Source of the DNA: ANME-2 cluster archaeon
GTDB taxonomy: Archaea; Halobacteriota; Methanosarcinia; Methanosarcinales; Methanocomedenaceae
Assembly: GCA_023544495.1 (NCBI GenBank)
Contig: JAMJFV010000002.1
Span: 1 to 34,660, forward strand
Direction: 5' to 3'
DNA: 34,660 nucleotides
Part shown: positions 1 to 8,624 of the stretch, piece by piece
Layout of the letters: each line of letters starts with the position of its first letter
Numbering within the stretch: position 1 is the first letter of the stretch
Program-made: the position numbers and the translations under genes
Notes under the pieces: generated by a model
The model's database searches: none
The model's input: the letters and a program-made list of their open reading frames with translations, nothing else
What the model was told of the DNA's origin: nothing

Positions 1-217
1 TATATTGTTGAAACGGGATTAGAATATCTGAAAAAGCCGCCATGGTCATGCCCATCAGCGTAAAGGTGAGCATCAATCCAGCAATAATTGCAAGTGGCCT
101 GAACTTACCCCTGCCAGTGGAATATGCCAGTATTGCTGGTAACAGAGGCAGTATGCAGGGAGAAAGGATACTGATTATACCAGCCAGCAATGCCAGGAAC
201 GGGAGTGGCAGGTCCAC
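1..217 (-). CDS. ccdA: CcdA/DsbD-family thiol-disulfide transporter (cytochrome c biogenesis membrane protein), N-terminal part; 3' end runs off the window
   Basis: My own reverse-strand translation from GTG at 217 gives VDLPLPFLALLAGIISILSPCILPLLPAILAYSTGRGKFRPLAIIAGLMLTFTLMGMTMAAF... The SPCxLPLLPxxLAY segment is the signature first TM/Cys motif of CcdA/DsbD. It is absent from the ORF track because there is no stop inside the window. The GTG start is tentative. Confidence 0.75.
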   Translation of the reverse strand, partial: MDLPLPFLALLAGIISILSPCILPLLPAILAYSTGRGKFRPLAIIAGLMLTFTLMGMTMAAFSDILIPFQQY

Positions 218-252
218 GGTTGATAATGCGTTTTCTATTTGAAGAAGAATGG

Positions 253-693
253 TCATTCTTTCGCGTCCTGCCGGATCATTTCCTCAAAAACGTTCTCATA
301 GGTGATCCTGGTGAATGTTTTCAGGATATAGCCTTCATCATCGATGACAACGGTCGTAGGCGTGGTTTTTACCCGGTAGCCTTCCTTAGCATCAAAACTT
401 TCCGGATTATCTGTTGCATAGGGGAGCACAATCACTGAACCGGCGTGGTTCTGCGTGAGGTTGTACAGTATTGTCAACTGCTCCTGGCTCGTACCCGATG
501 AAGGTTCATAGAAGAAAAGGATAACTAAAGCATTCCTCGTATCAATTGCACTCCGGATCTCAGGAGTACTTAATGGAGCCTTTTCTCGGGTTTCCATGCA
601 CCCTGCAGTCGCAGATATGATAAGGACTGTGAGCATCAGTAGTATCATTCGTTTCATTCGTTTCATTGTGATTGCACTGTCATGGTTAACCAT
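253..693 (-). CDS. Thioredoxin-fold lipoprotein lacking the redox cysteines (SGTS in place of CxxC)
   Basis: Signal peptide plus lipobox (LIISATAGC). The body aligns by eye to the neighbouring thioredoxin: FYEPSSGTSQEQLTILYNL versus GAGRCPSCVEQKPIVEEL. It lies 35 nt upstream of ccdA on the same strand. The true start may be the internal MKRMKRM (about 666). Confidence 0.55.
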   Translation of the reverse strand: MVNHDSAITMKRMKRMILLMLTVLIISATAGCMETREKAPLSTPEIRSAIDTRNALVILFFYEPSSGTSQEQLTILYNLTQNHAGSVIVLPYATDNPESFDAKEGYRVKTTPTTVVIDDEGYILKTFTRITYENVFEEMIRQDAKE

Positions 694-706
694 AAGATTA
701 TTGAAA

Positions 707-1183
707 TTATGATCCGGTATTTCTTAGCTTGAGCGCATCCTGGATGGTGACTTCAAGTACGTTTTTGGATGTCAGGCCAACCATCATGGCTTCCTGGCGG
801 TCATTCGTCAGAGCACCCAATCGTGTAAGGTACGTGAATTCACCACTATCAGAGCTGACTATCATGGTCAGGTCTGGAATGTAATATACCTTGAAATATT
901 CAGATAATTGTGGCTGTCTGTCAATATCGATATATACGAAAGTTACCCTCCCCCTATACTTTGCTGCAAGTTCTTCAACAATAGGTTTTTGCTCAACACA
1001 ACTGGGGCACCTGCCAGCCCCCATCTCAATGAACACCGGGCCCTTCTCAAGCAATGTTTCAATTTCGCTGGTTGAATTCACCATTAACAATTCGGCTCCC
1101 GGCCCGGTTTCCTGGTCAATGCAGCCACTGTTGAGGAGTACTGCTGTCAGTAATAGTGATGTTATGATGATCAGGTTTTTCAT
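707..1183 (-). CDS. Extracytoplasmic thioredoxin-like lipoprotein with a CPSC active site
   Basis: N-terminal signal and lipobox (LLNSGC). Thioredoxin motif GAGRCPSCVEQKPIVEELAAKY..VTFVYIDID. The gene is 13 nt upstream of the next thioredoxin-fold gene. Confidence 0.75.
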   Translation of the reverse strand: MKNLIIITSLLLTAVLLNSGCIDQETGPGAELLMVNSTSEIETLLEKGPVFIEMGAGRCPSCVEQKPIVEELAAKYRGRVTFVYIDIDRQPQLSEYFKVYYIPDLTMIVSSDSGEFTYLTRLGALTNDRQEAMMVGLTSKNVLEVTIQDALKLRNTGS

Positions 1184-1342
1184 GGTATCACGTAATATAG
1201 TTGTATTTATATTAACATTTTATCTATATAATATTTAGTATGGTTATGTAAACACTGTGCACACCTGTACCAGAAATATTAATATAACCTCTTCCCAATG
1301 GAACATATATATTCATTATATTCCCTTGGAGGTGAAATATCA

Positions 1343-1495
1343 ATGTGCAGTGTAGGCGATGCATTCAATGTGGATGTAGCAGATTCTTTGAATACAAAGA
1401 GCTGTAAATGCAAGGATTGTGGAAACGAGTTCCAGGGTATGGGCAAGAAAATCATCTGTCCCGCATGCCAGTCCGGGAACGTGGAAGTGGTATAA
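1343..1495 (+). CDS. Small zinc-ribbon protein (50 aa)
   Basis: Two CxxC pairs (CKCKDCGNEF...CPACQSG). A strong SD site (ggaggtgaaatatcaATG) favours the internal ATG at 1343 over the track start at 1298. Confidence 0.5.
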   Translation: MCSVGDAFNVDVADSLNTKSCKCKDCGNEFQGMGKKIICPACQSGNVEVV

Positions 1496-1518
1496 AGTTT
1501 AATTATCAGTTTTTTCCT

Positions 1519-1980
1519 ATGATACCTTTACATGATAACGAGATGTTGATGCTCCACGGCAATAGTGGAGTTATCGGTATTGTCAAGGCCGGAACAAATA
1601 ACTTGTTTTTTCTTGAAACCGAAGAAGAGGAGATCGTGCTTGGTTTAGAACCTGACGACCTGCTGGTATCATCAGGATTTGATACTGAAAAGACCACGCT
1701 TGATGGCATTAAATGCGTACTTTACATGATACGGGAAGTGGGTACACCGTTGATCGTATTACCAAAACACCATCCTGCATCAAAACGACTTAAGATTGTG
1801 GTATCTGTAGGCCCTCGTACCCGCATAAAGTGCGATATCACTCCCGGCACCCATCCTGAACAGGACGTACTTTGCGGTGTGGACGAGTTCAGCGATGTGG
1901 AGATACTGGGTGTCCCGGGCGGGGTTGAGTTCAGGAACCTGAACTCTGGCAGTATCAAACGTATCCCTTTCACGGTCTGA
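1519..1980 (+). CDS. Hypothetical protein (153 aa)
   Basis: The long ORF begins at 1408, but its first 37 codons overlap the zinc-ribbon gene out of frame. The ATG at 1519 (MIPLHDNEML...) is the first non-overlapping start. I recognise no family. Confidence 0.45.
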   Translation: MIPLHDNEMLMLHGNSGVIGIVKAGTNNLFFLETEEEEIVLGLEPDDLLVSSGFDTEKTTLDGIKCVLYMIREVGTPLIVLPKHHPASKRLKIVVSVGPRTRIKCDITPGTHPEQDVLCGVDEFSDVEILGVPGGVEFRNLNSGSIKRIPFTV

Positions 1981-2020
1981 TTTCAATACTTTTAACATCG
2001 GATACGACTATTAAGGCAGC

Positions 2021-2602
2021 ATGACCTTCATTGACGTCATAGCTGCATCTGTCTGGCTCATGCTGCCGGCATATGTTGCAAACCCTATGGCTGCCGTGTT
2101 CGGGGGTGGCATGCCCATGGACCTGGGCAGGAATTTCAGGGATGGCCGGCGCATACTCGGGGACGGTAAAACGTTCCGGGGACTGATAGCCGGGACAGTA
2201 TGCGGCCTTGTAACAGGCATTGTCCAGATAGGTGTAGCGCCTCTTATTGCAGGTAGTGGTGTACTTGCTGGTTGGCCATTCTTCCGGTCTGCCCTTGATG
2301 CGTATTCCTCAGGCACGGTGCTGGTGGTTGGCCTGATGGCGCTGGGCGCGCTTCTGGGCGATAGTGCCGAGAGTTTCATCAAGCGTCGGCTGGACCTCAA
2401 ACGGGGTGCCATGTTCCCGGTTGCCGACCAGCTGGATTTTGTGCTGGGCGCCTGGGTACTCACCTTCATATTTGCATCGGTCTGGTTCAAAACCTATTTC
2501 ACATTCTGGATACTGGTAACAGTACTCGTCGTAACCCCCCTGCTGCACCTGATGACGAACGTGTTTGGATTTCTGATAAAGGTCAAGAAAGAACCCTGGT
2601 AG
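2021..2602 (+). CDS. carS: CDP-archaeol synthase (CDP-2,3-bis-O-geranylgeranyl-sn-glycerol synthase)
   Basis: A multi-TM protein of 193 aa carrying CarS/DUF46 hallmarks: LPAYVANPMAAVFGGG.P.D.G..F.DGRRILGDGKTFRG and GDSAESFIKRRL...G...PV.DQLDFV. Confidence 0.9.
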   Translation: MTFIDVIAASVWLMLPAYVANPMAAVFGGGMPMDLGRNFRDGRRILGDGKTFRGLIAGTVCGLVTGIVQIGVAPLIAGSGVLAGWPFFRSALDAYSSGTVLVVGLMALGALLGDSAESFIKRRLDLKRGAMFPVADQLDFVLGAWVLTFIFASVWFKTYFTFWILVTVLVVTPLLHLMTNVFGFLIKVKKEPW

Positions 2603-3138
2603 TGAAAAGTATGGATAATGAACTGATTCAGGCATTAAAGGACTGTGGAGCTGTAAAATTCGGCGATTTCACCCTTGCTTCAGGCAGGAAAAGTAATTAC
2701 TATATCGATATCAAGAAAGCCACTTCAGATCCGGGCACCCTCACATTGATAGCAGGCAGGATGGTGGCAATCATCAAAGAGCAACATATGTGCGTCGAGG
2801 CCATAGGTGGGGTTGCTGTTGGCGGGATACCACTGGCTACAGCCGTATCGCTGGCATCCGGCCTGCCCCTGGTGATCGTCCGCAAGTCCCTGAAAGATTA
2901 CGGCACAGGAGGACGGTTCATTGGTGATATAGAAGGACGAAGCCTGCTCATGGTAGAGGATGTCACAACTACAGGCGGCTCTGTGATAGAGGCTATCAGA
3001 TCATTGAGGGACGAAGGGGCGATCGTGGATTCCGTGATCACTGTTGTGGACAGGGATGAGGGGGCGCAGAGCGGTCTTAACGCGATGGATGTAAAATTGG
3101 TGCCGCTGGTTTGCGCATCCGACCTGCTGGGGCAGTGA
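2602..3138 (+). CDS. pyrE: Orotate phosphoribosyltransferase
   Basis: Contains AVKFGDFTLASGRKSNYYIDIK and the PRPP-binding loop LLMVEDVTTTGGS. The GTG at 2602 overlaps the carS stop by 1 nt. The ATG at 2611 is an alternative start. Confidence 0.9.
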   Translation: MKSMDNELIQALKDCGAVKFGDFTLASGRKSNYYIDIKKATSDPGTLTLIAGRMVAIIKEQHMCVEAIGGVAVGGIPLATAVSLASGLPLVIVRKSLKDYGTGGRFIGDIEGRSLLMVEDVTTTGGSVIEAIRSLRDEGAIVDSVITVVDRDEGAQSGLNAMDVKLVPLVCASDLLGQ

Positions 3139-3141
3139 ACA

Positions 3142-4611
3142 ATGGGAACGCGAGACATTTTTGAGATAACACACAGGGACTCGGCAGGCAGGATCGGCCG
3201 CCTTACCACACCTCACGGTATTGTGGAGACACCTGCCATCATGCCGGTCATCAACCCCAATATCCAGACCATACCGGCAAAGGAGATGAAGGATCTTGGA
3301 GCCCGGATACTTATTACCAACTCGTATATCATCTATCGCAAACCCGAATTAAAGCAGCGCGCCATCGAAGAAGGTGTACATGCCCTGCTTGGGTTTGACG
3401 GTCCGGTTATGACCGACAGCGGTTCGTTCCAGTTGAGCGTCTACGGCCAGGTAGAGGTGGACAATGCCGGGATAATCGGTTTCCAGCATGCCATCGGTAC
3501 CGATATCGGGGTCCCACTGGACATACCCACATCACCGGCTGCTGACCATGAACAGGCCGCGCAGGAACTTGTGGTCACAAACCAGAGGCTTATGGAGGCC
3601 CTGGAACTGAATAAGGGTTCAGGGATGCTGCTGGCAGCACCAGTCCAGGGCGGCACCCATACAGATCTCAGAGAACAGGCAGGCAGGGAACTGGGGCGTG
3701 CAGGATTCGATATTTATCCAATCGGTGCAGTGGTGCCGCTGATGGAATCATACCGCTATGCTGAACTGGTGGATGTCATTGTAAGTGCGAAGAAGGGACT
3801 GCCCTCATCAGTTCCTGTTCACCTGTTCGGCGCCGGGCACCCCATGGTGTTCGCACTGGCAACGGCTCTGGGTTGCGACCTGTTCGATTCCGCAGCCTAT
3901 GCCCTGTATGCCAGGGATGCCCGTTACCTGACAGCCGAGGGTACCTTCCATATCCAGGACCTGAAATACCTGCCCTGCTCATGCCCTATCTGCAGCAGCC
4001 ATACTGCCGCGGAGATCATGTCACATCCTGACAGGACAGAACTGCTTGCCAGGCACAACCTGTTTGCCACCTTTGCTGAGATGAGGCTGGTGAAACAAGC
4101 TATCTGCGACGGCAATCTATGGGAACTGGTGGAGAGGCGGGCGCGCATCCATCCCAGGATGCTTGACGGCCTGAAACGAGCTGTGACCCATGCCGGGTGG
4201 CTCGAGCAGTTCGATCCCAGTACCAAATCAACCTTCTTCTACTGCGGTCCCGAATCCACTTACCGCCCGGAGGTCCTGCGCTGGGGCAACCGGCTTGAGA
4301 GGATTGAGCTGACCGGTACCGTACTGATACGACCGGACGGGCGGCTCAAGAACGAATCCGCATACAATACTGTGCTGCACTTCAAACCGCCGTTCGGGGC
4401 GTATCCGCTGGAACTAAAAGAGACATATCCCCTGAATGCCGAGGTACCTGTTGTTGCAGACCATGAATCCCTTACCAATGCCCTTTTGAACACGAAAAAA
4501 CTGATGCAGCTTAATCCGGATGCAGAATTCTCATTCGTGTACCGCAGGTCCTGGGACCACCCCCTGGTAGAAGAAATATGCCGGATGGCAAGCCATAGCT
4601 GGTCTGTTTAA
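3142..4611 (+). CDS. tgtA: tRNA-guanine(15) transglycosylase (archaeosine TGT)
   Basis: Contains GRIGRL.TPHG..ETPA.MPV, MTDSGSFQ, and the zinc site CSCPICSSH...H. At 489 aa there is no room for a C-terminal PUA domain. Confidence 0.9.
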   Translation: MGTRDIFEITHRDSAGRIGRLTTPHGIVETPAIMPVINPNIQTIPAKEMKDLGARILITNSYIIYRKPELKQRAIEEGVHALLGFDGPVMTDSGSFQLSVYGQVEVDNAGIIGFQHAIGTDIGVPLDIPTSPAADHEQAAQELVVTNQRLMEALELNKGSGMLLAAPVQGGTHTDLREQAGRELGRAGFDIYPIGAVVPLMESYRYAELVDVIVSAKKGLPSSVPVHLFGAGHPMVFALATALGCDLFDSAAYALYARDARYLTAEGTFHIQDLKYLPCSCPICSSHTAAEIMSHPDRTELLARHNLFATFAEMRLVKQAICDGNLWELVERRARIHPRMLDGLKRAVTHAGWLEQFDPSTKSTFFYCGPESTYRPEVLRWGNRLERIELTGTVLIRPDGRLKNESAYNTVLHFKPPFGAYPLELKETYPLNAEVPVVADHESLTNALLNTKKLMQLNPDAEFSFVYRRSWDHPLVEEICRMASHSWSV

Positions 4612-4699
4612 GTCCGAACAGCCCTGTTGCAGCTTTTATTTTGTATTTGTAGGCGTCTGGGAGCTTCCATCTCCAGACATCGGTCTTCTTTATTTAGCC

Positions 4700-5431
4700 T
4701 CAACCTTCTCTTTTCAATCTCAGTTTTATCACTGCCGAGAACATCTGGGGGATGACCTTTTTCAAGTCCAGTTTTGAGCCTTCCCTGTGCCGCCACTCCA
4801 CAGGCACCTCTTTGATAGTATACCCGTGCTGTCCCAACCGCCAGAGCAGTTCAACGTCAAATGCATAATCAAATGTCCGTATCTCGCCGACCACGTTGCG
4901 GGCAGCTTCTGCCCGAAGTACCTTGCAGCCGCACTGGGTGTCCCTGAACGGCAGGCTGAACAGCAGTTTCACAAGAGCATTGAAACCCCGGCTGGCAAGT
5001 ATCCTGTGCCAGGGCTGTGCCGTATGTATCACCGAACCGGGCAAATACCGGGATGATATGACACAGTCAATGCCATCTGCTACCATATCTATCATCCTGC
5101 CCACGTCATGGGGTGATACTGCCCCGTCCGCATCCACCACTGCTATAACATTTCCCCGTGCACTCTGAATGCCAAGAAGGATCCCGCCCCCTTTGCCCAG
5201 TTTGACAGGATGGGACACGGACCTGATAGCGGAGTGGCTTTGGGCAAATTCCTCTACAATAACAGCGGTGCTATCTGTGCAACCGTCCATGACCACCAGG
5301 ATCTCGTGGGGGATATGAGAAAAATGACCGTATAATTCATCCAGGGTTTTACGGATACGTTTTTCTTCATTATAGGCAGGTATTACAAGAGAAACCATAT
5401 CCTGTTCATGTGTCACTGGTATCACTGCCAT
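4700..5431 (-). CDS. Family 2 glycosyltransferase, dolichyl-phosphate hexose synthase-like
   Basis: Contains VSLVIPAYNEE, VVDADGA (DxD region) and DTQCGCKV, typical of GT2 Dol-P-Glc/Man synthases. The start may be 5431 or the internal M at 5398. Confidence 0.85.
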   Translation of the reverse strand: MAVIPVTHEQDMVSLVIPAYNEEKRIRKTLDELYGHFSHIPHEILVVMDGCTDSTAVIVEEFAQSHSAIRSVSHPVKLGKGGGILLGIQSARGNVIAVVDADGAVSPHDVGRMIDMVADGIDCVISSRYLPGSVIHTAQPWHRILASRGFNALVKLLFSLPFRDTQCGCKVLRAEAARNVVGEIRTFDYAFDVELLWRLGQHGYTIKEVPVEWRHREGSKLDLKKVIPQMFSAVIKLRLKREG

Positions 5432-5454
5432 CGAAAAGCACCAAAAGTGGATAG

Positions 5455-5527
5455 TAGCCCGGCACGGATTCGAACCGAGGTCCGGGGATCCAGGGCCCCC
5501 AATGATTGACCGCTACACTACCGGGCT
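5455..5527 (-). tRNA. tRNA-Gln (anticodon CUG), no encoded CCA
   Basis: Hand-folded cloverleaf: acceptor AGCCCGG/CCGGGCT, D-arm GTGT-AGCGGTCAA-TCAT, anticodon stem GGGGG/TCCCC with loop CCCTGGA, T-arm CTCGG-TTCGAAT-CCGTG, discriminator A. The AGCCCGG 5' end resembles what I recall of archaeal tRNA-Gln sequences. C at position 33 and a U50:U64 mismatch are atypical. Confidence 0.8.
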
Positions 5528-5658
5528 GCGACTATCTCAATATCCCTTGTTACCTATAAGTCTAACGGATACATCGATAAAAATCAGATAAATGTTATAT
5601 ACCAAATATACCATCTATTTAACGGGAATTTTTTACAAATTAATATGGGAGGATTTTC

Positions 5659-6822
5659 ATGAATATTAGATATGTAATTGAAACCGGAGGAATATTGTTC
5701 CTGTTCATTTTTTTGAGCTACCCGGTCCTTTCAGCAATGGGGGGTCCACAGGATGGTGGTATGGGTTCACGCGATAAGGACGGCTGGAGTGCTTCTGAAA
5801 TGATGATGCAGGGCAGTGAAATGCGTCATGGCGCTGGCATGCAGGGAATGGGATTTATGCACAGTGGTGCAGGAATATACGGGGAGTACATCACTTTTGA
5901 AGTGGACAATGAGACCGGAGCCATTACCGGTTATGGGATTGCCGGTGTAGACATATTCGATTCCATTGAAGTCAGTGGATTTGATTATAATGCTACCGAG
6001 GTAAATGGTGCGGTCACACAGGTGATGGATGTCGATGGCACAACAACCGTCAATGTGCATGACAACCCGGCAGCAGTGATAACCATACAGGGTAAAGATG
6101 ATTATACTGTTACCTTTGACCTTGCCCAGGATGTTACTGCATCCGAAGAAGACAATTTCGTTGTCATCAAAACCGCTGATATTGAGATGTATATCGTATG
6201 CAGTGGAACATGTGATGTTACTGTGACCGAAGGTACAGTATCAATTGATGCGCCAGGGAACAGTGCTGTGGTGGTGCGTGCCATCCCGGTCAATATGCAA
6301 TCCTCTGGTGATATGCACAGGACATTTACCAGGGAGATGGCACGGAACCGGACCGGTGCAGAGGTCTACCTGGGTGAGGATGGTTCTATCAGTGTGGTAG
6401 ACTACTCACAACGGATGCGTGTGCAAATGCAATCAATGACAAAAGAGAGAATAAAACTTCACGTAACCAGCAACGACTCCGAAGGCAAGATGATGGCTTT
6501 CAATCTGGACAATACTTCCCTGATGCTGCAGGACAGGGACAGGCTCAGGATAGATTATGATGGTGAACCCGTGCAGAGTGTTGACGACCCGGAAATGGTG
6601 TTCAATGCCACACAGACCAGGTGTTACATATCCCGGGAATCAGGAGAGCGGGCTCAGATCATGATGAATATCCCTGAATTCTCTGAGCATACTATCGACA
6701 TCGTAGTAGAGTCTGAAGGAGCAGCCGCAACACCTTCGACCGGGGTGCCAGGATTTGGAGCCGGTATGGGCATATTGGTATTAATGCTCAGCTGGATACA
6801 CTATCAAAAACGCAGACGGTAA
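5659..6822 (+). CDS. Secreted surface protein with a PGF-CTERM archaeosortase sorting signal and a Met/His-rich N-terminal segment
   Basis: SD site gggaggattttcATG. N-terminal signal/TM segment. C-terminus ...TPSTGVPGFGAGMGILVLMLSWIHYQKRRR (PGF, then a hydrophobic helix, then a basic tail). The segment MMMQGSEMRHGAGMQGMGFMH follows the signal. Confidence 0.75.
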   Translation: MNIRYVIETGGILFLFIFLSYPVLSAMGGPQDGGMGSRDKDGWSASEMMMQGSEMRHGAGMQGMGFMHSGAGIYGEYITFEVDNETGAITGYGIAGVDIFDSIEVSGFDYNATEVNGAVTQVMDVDGTTTVNVHDNPAAVITIQGKDDYTVTFDLAQDVTASEEDNFVVIKTADIEMYIVCSGTCDVTVTEGTVSIDAPGNSAVVVRAIPVNMQSSGDMHRTFTREMARNRTGAEVYLGEDGSISVVDYSQRMRVQMQSMTKERIKLHVTSNDSEGKMMAFNLDNTSLMLQDRDRLRIDYDGEPVQSVDDPEMVFNATQTRCYISRESGERAQIMMNIPEFSEHTIDIVVESEGAAATPSTGVPGFGAGMGILVLMLSWIHYQKRRR

Positions 6823-7351
6823 ATCAGGCAGACCATCAAATATTCGGATAAGAAGGTTGGATAAAGTATCCAGGTTTTCTGGAGTGAACGGTTATTATGA
6901 AAGGTTAAGGAGTTGGGACAATTCCCAGCTCCTAAAAATTTCCCGGCTTTAAAAATATCCTAACGTTATCTAAATCCAGATATAAAGCAAATAGTCCAGT
7001 TGCCAATGCAACTACAAATCTGTATTAATCATTGAAATCTATGTCTTTATATTTTTCCGATACTGATCGACAAATATTAACACAGATTTCACCTAAAGTC
7101 GGTGTCAACAAAATAACTGATTTTTGGAACAGTGTCTTTCTTAATAATAGTAAAATACTATTAGTCATTATCGTATTCTGTGACAAACGATAATGAAGTG
7201 ACTGATGAAGAATTGGAAGACCTTCTGGCACGGCAGGCAGAACAGCAACCAGCGAAGTGCAGGATGAAAACTGCCAAACAGTTCATTAAGAAAGATATTG
7301 TGCCACCGGACGAGGGACTATGAATCATGCATTGAAGGATGGAGATACAAA

Positions 7352-8512
7352 ATGGTATATGTAACAGGTTTTCGGTGTTTCAAGTGTGGGACGCATCATT
7401 TGCCCCAAGAGATAGAGAACAAGCCGATACCCCGATGTTCGGTCTGTAACTCCGGGCTGGATGCAGAATATGATTACGGTTCGATCAGGAAGTCACTGCT
7501 GAGGGACCCGTTCATGCGCGAGAGTCCTACCCACTGGAAATACTGGGCGTTCTTACCTGTGCGCGATCTGTCCCACATCATTACCATGGGCGAGGGAGGT
7601 ACCCCTCTGCTTGAGAGCAACTCGCTGACCCGGGATATCGGTTGCGGACGGATGCTGGTGAAATATGAAGCCATGAATCCCACCGGCTCCTTCAAGGACC
7701 GGGGCTCTTCCCTTGAGATTACCAAGGCGATGGAGTACGGAAAGAAACGGGTTGTGCTTGCATCCACGGGAAACATGGGTGCTTCTGTGGCAGCGTATGC
7801 CGCATTTGCCGGACTTGATTGTATCGTGTTCGTACCCAATATTGTAGGTTCGGCCAAGATCAAGCAGATCAAAGCGTATGGGGCTGATATACGGTTTGTA
7901 AATGGTGATTATTCACATGCGATGAAAGAGGCGGAAAACTATGTAATATCACACCTTGACTCGTTCCTTACCGGCGATTATCCCTGGAGGGGGGAAGGTA
8001 CCAAGACGGTAGGTATGGAAATAGCTGACCAGCTGTACTGGACCGTACCTGATGTGGTTATTGCGCCGGTGGGCAACGGCACCCTGATCTGGGGCATCTT
8101 TGAAGCGTTCAGGGATATGTATGCTGTGGGAGTCATAGAGCGTAAACCTGCGATTTTCGGAGTACAGGTGGATGCCTGCAGACCTGTTGTGGATGCATGG
8201 GAGAAGGGAGCGTCCGAGATCATTGCTGTTGAGGACCCCCAGACTGTAGCGACTGCTATTGCATGCGGGGATCCGATCGACGGGTTGGGGGCATTGCGAG
8301 CTGTGAGGGAGACAGGAGGACAGGGGGTGAGCGTGTCTGATGGTGAGGTGATACAGGCGCGGGATTTTTTGGCAGAGAATGGTATTTTTGTTGAGCCGAG
8401 TGGTGCGGTGGCGTATGCGGGGGCGCGGAGGGTAAAAGATGGATTGGATGATAAGACTGTGGTGTGTATGGCAACAGGGCACGGGCTAAAGGATATGTAC
8501 GGAATTGAGTAA
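7352..8512 (+). CDS. Threonine synthase family PLP enzyme with an N-terminal zinc ribbon (threonine synthase or its cysteate synthase paralogue)
   Basis: Contains FRCFKCG...CSVCNSG, then the PLP-lysine motif NPTGSFKDRG and STGNMGAS. The ATG at 7352, preceded by ggagat, is preferred over the TTG at 7298. Confidence 0.85.
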   Translation: MVYVTGFRCFKCGTHHLPQEIENKPIPRCSVCNSGLDAEYDYGSIRKSLLRDPFMRESPTHWKYWAFLPVRDLSHIITMGEGGTPLLESNSLTRDIGCGRMLVKYEAMNPTGSFKDRGSSLEITKAMEYGKKRVVLASTGNMGASVAAYAAFAGLDCIVFVPNIVGSAKIKQIKAYGADIRFVNGDYSHAMKEAENYVISHLDSFLTGDYPWRGEGTKTVGMEIADQLYWTVPDVVIAPVGNGTLIWGIFEAFRDMYAVGVIERKPAIFGVQVDACRPVVDAWEKGASEIIAVEDPQTVATAIACGDPIDGLGALRAVRETGGQGVSVSDGEVIQARDFLAENGIFVEPSGAVAYAGARRVKDGLDDKTVVCMATGHGLKDMYGIE

Positions 8513-8624
8513 GGATAGAGGGAAGGGTAATCATTATTTTTCCTGGTGATTATTTACTTTACTGGGAAGCACTGAACTCAACTCTGATAATCAATGTATG
8601 AACCGTATACAATACAGGTGACCT

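Noticed and set aside
42-242. 66-aa + strand ORF at the window start
   Set aside because: It is a shadow of the minus-strand CcdA reading frame, which has a clear family motif.
2011-2490. Long antisense ORFs in block 1: 2011..2490(-), 7949..8482(-), 14928..15521(-), 12825..13337(+), 11404..11742(+), 3924..4226(-)
   Set aside because: Each lies fully inside a gene with strong family motifs on the other strand. The translations are Pro/Arg/Ser-rich low-complexity sequence, typical of shadow ORFs in GC-rich coding DNA.
3142-4611. Short (489 aa) ArcTGT lacking a PUA domain, considered as an anomaly
   Set aside because: As far as I recall, PUA-less or split TgtA forms are known in archaea. The ORF ends cleanly and no PUA-like remnant follows, so this is probably the normal form for this lineage. 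Confirmation would need a domain search.
6909-6932. 10-bp stem hairpin GGAGTTGGGA-CAAT-TCCCAGCTCC, about 90 nt after the PGF-CTERM gene, considered as a terminator
   Set aside because: No T-tract follows on either strand and it is not adjacent to the stop codon. It might be structural, but I cannot assign a role.
7025-7231. 68-aa minus-strand ORF in the AT-rich spacer before the ThrC-family gene; also a 43-codon GTG-initiated + strand ORF at about 7197-7325
   Set aside because: No SD site, no recognisable motif, and AT-rich low-complexity context. I cannot support either as a gene. The + strand one ends only 27 nt upstream of the preferred ThrC-family start at 7352 and may be leader sequence.
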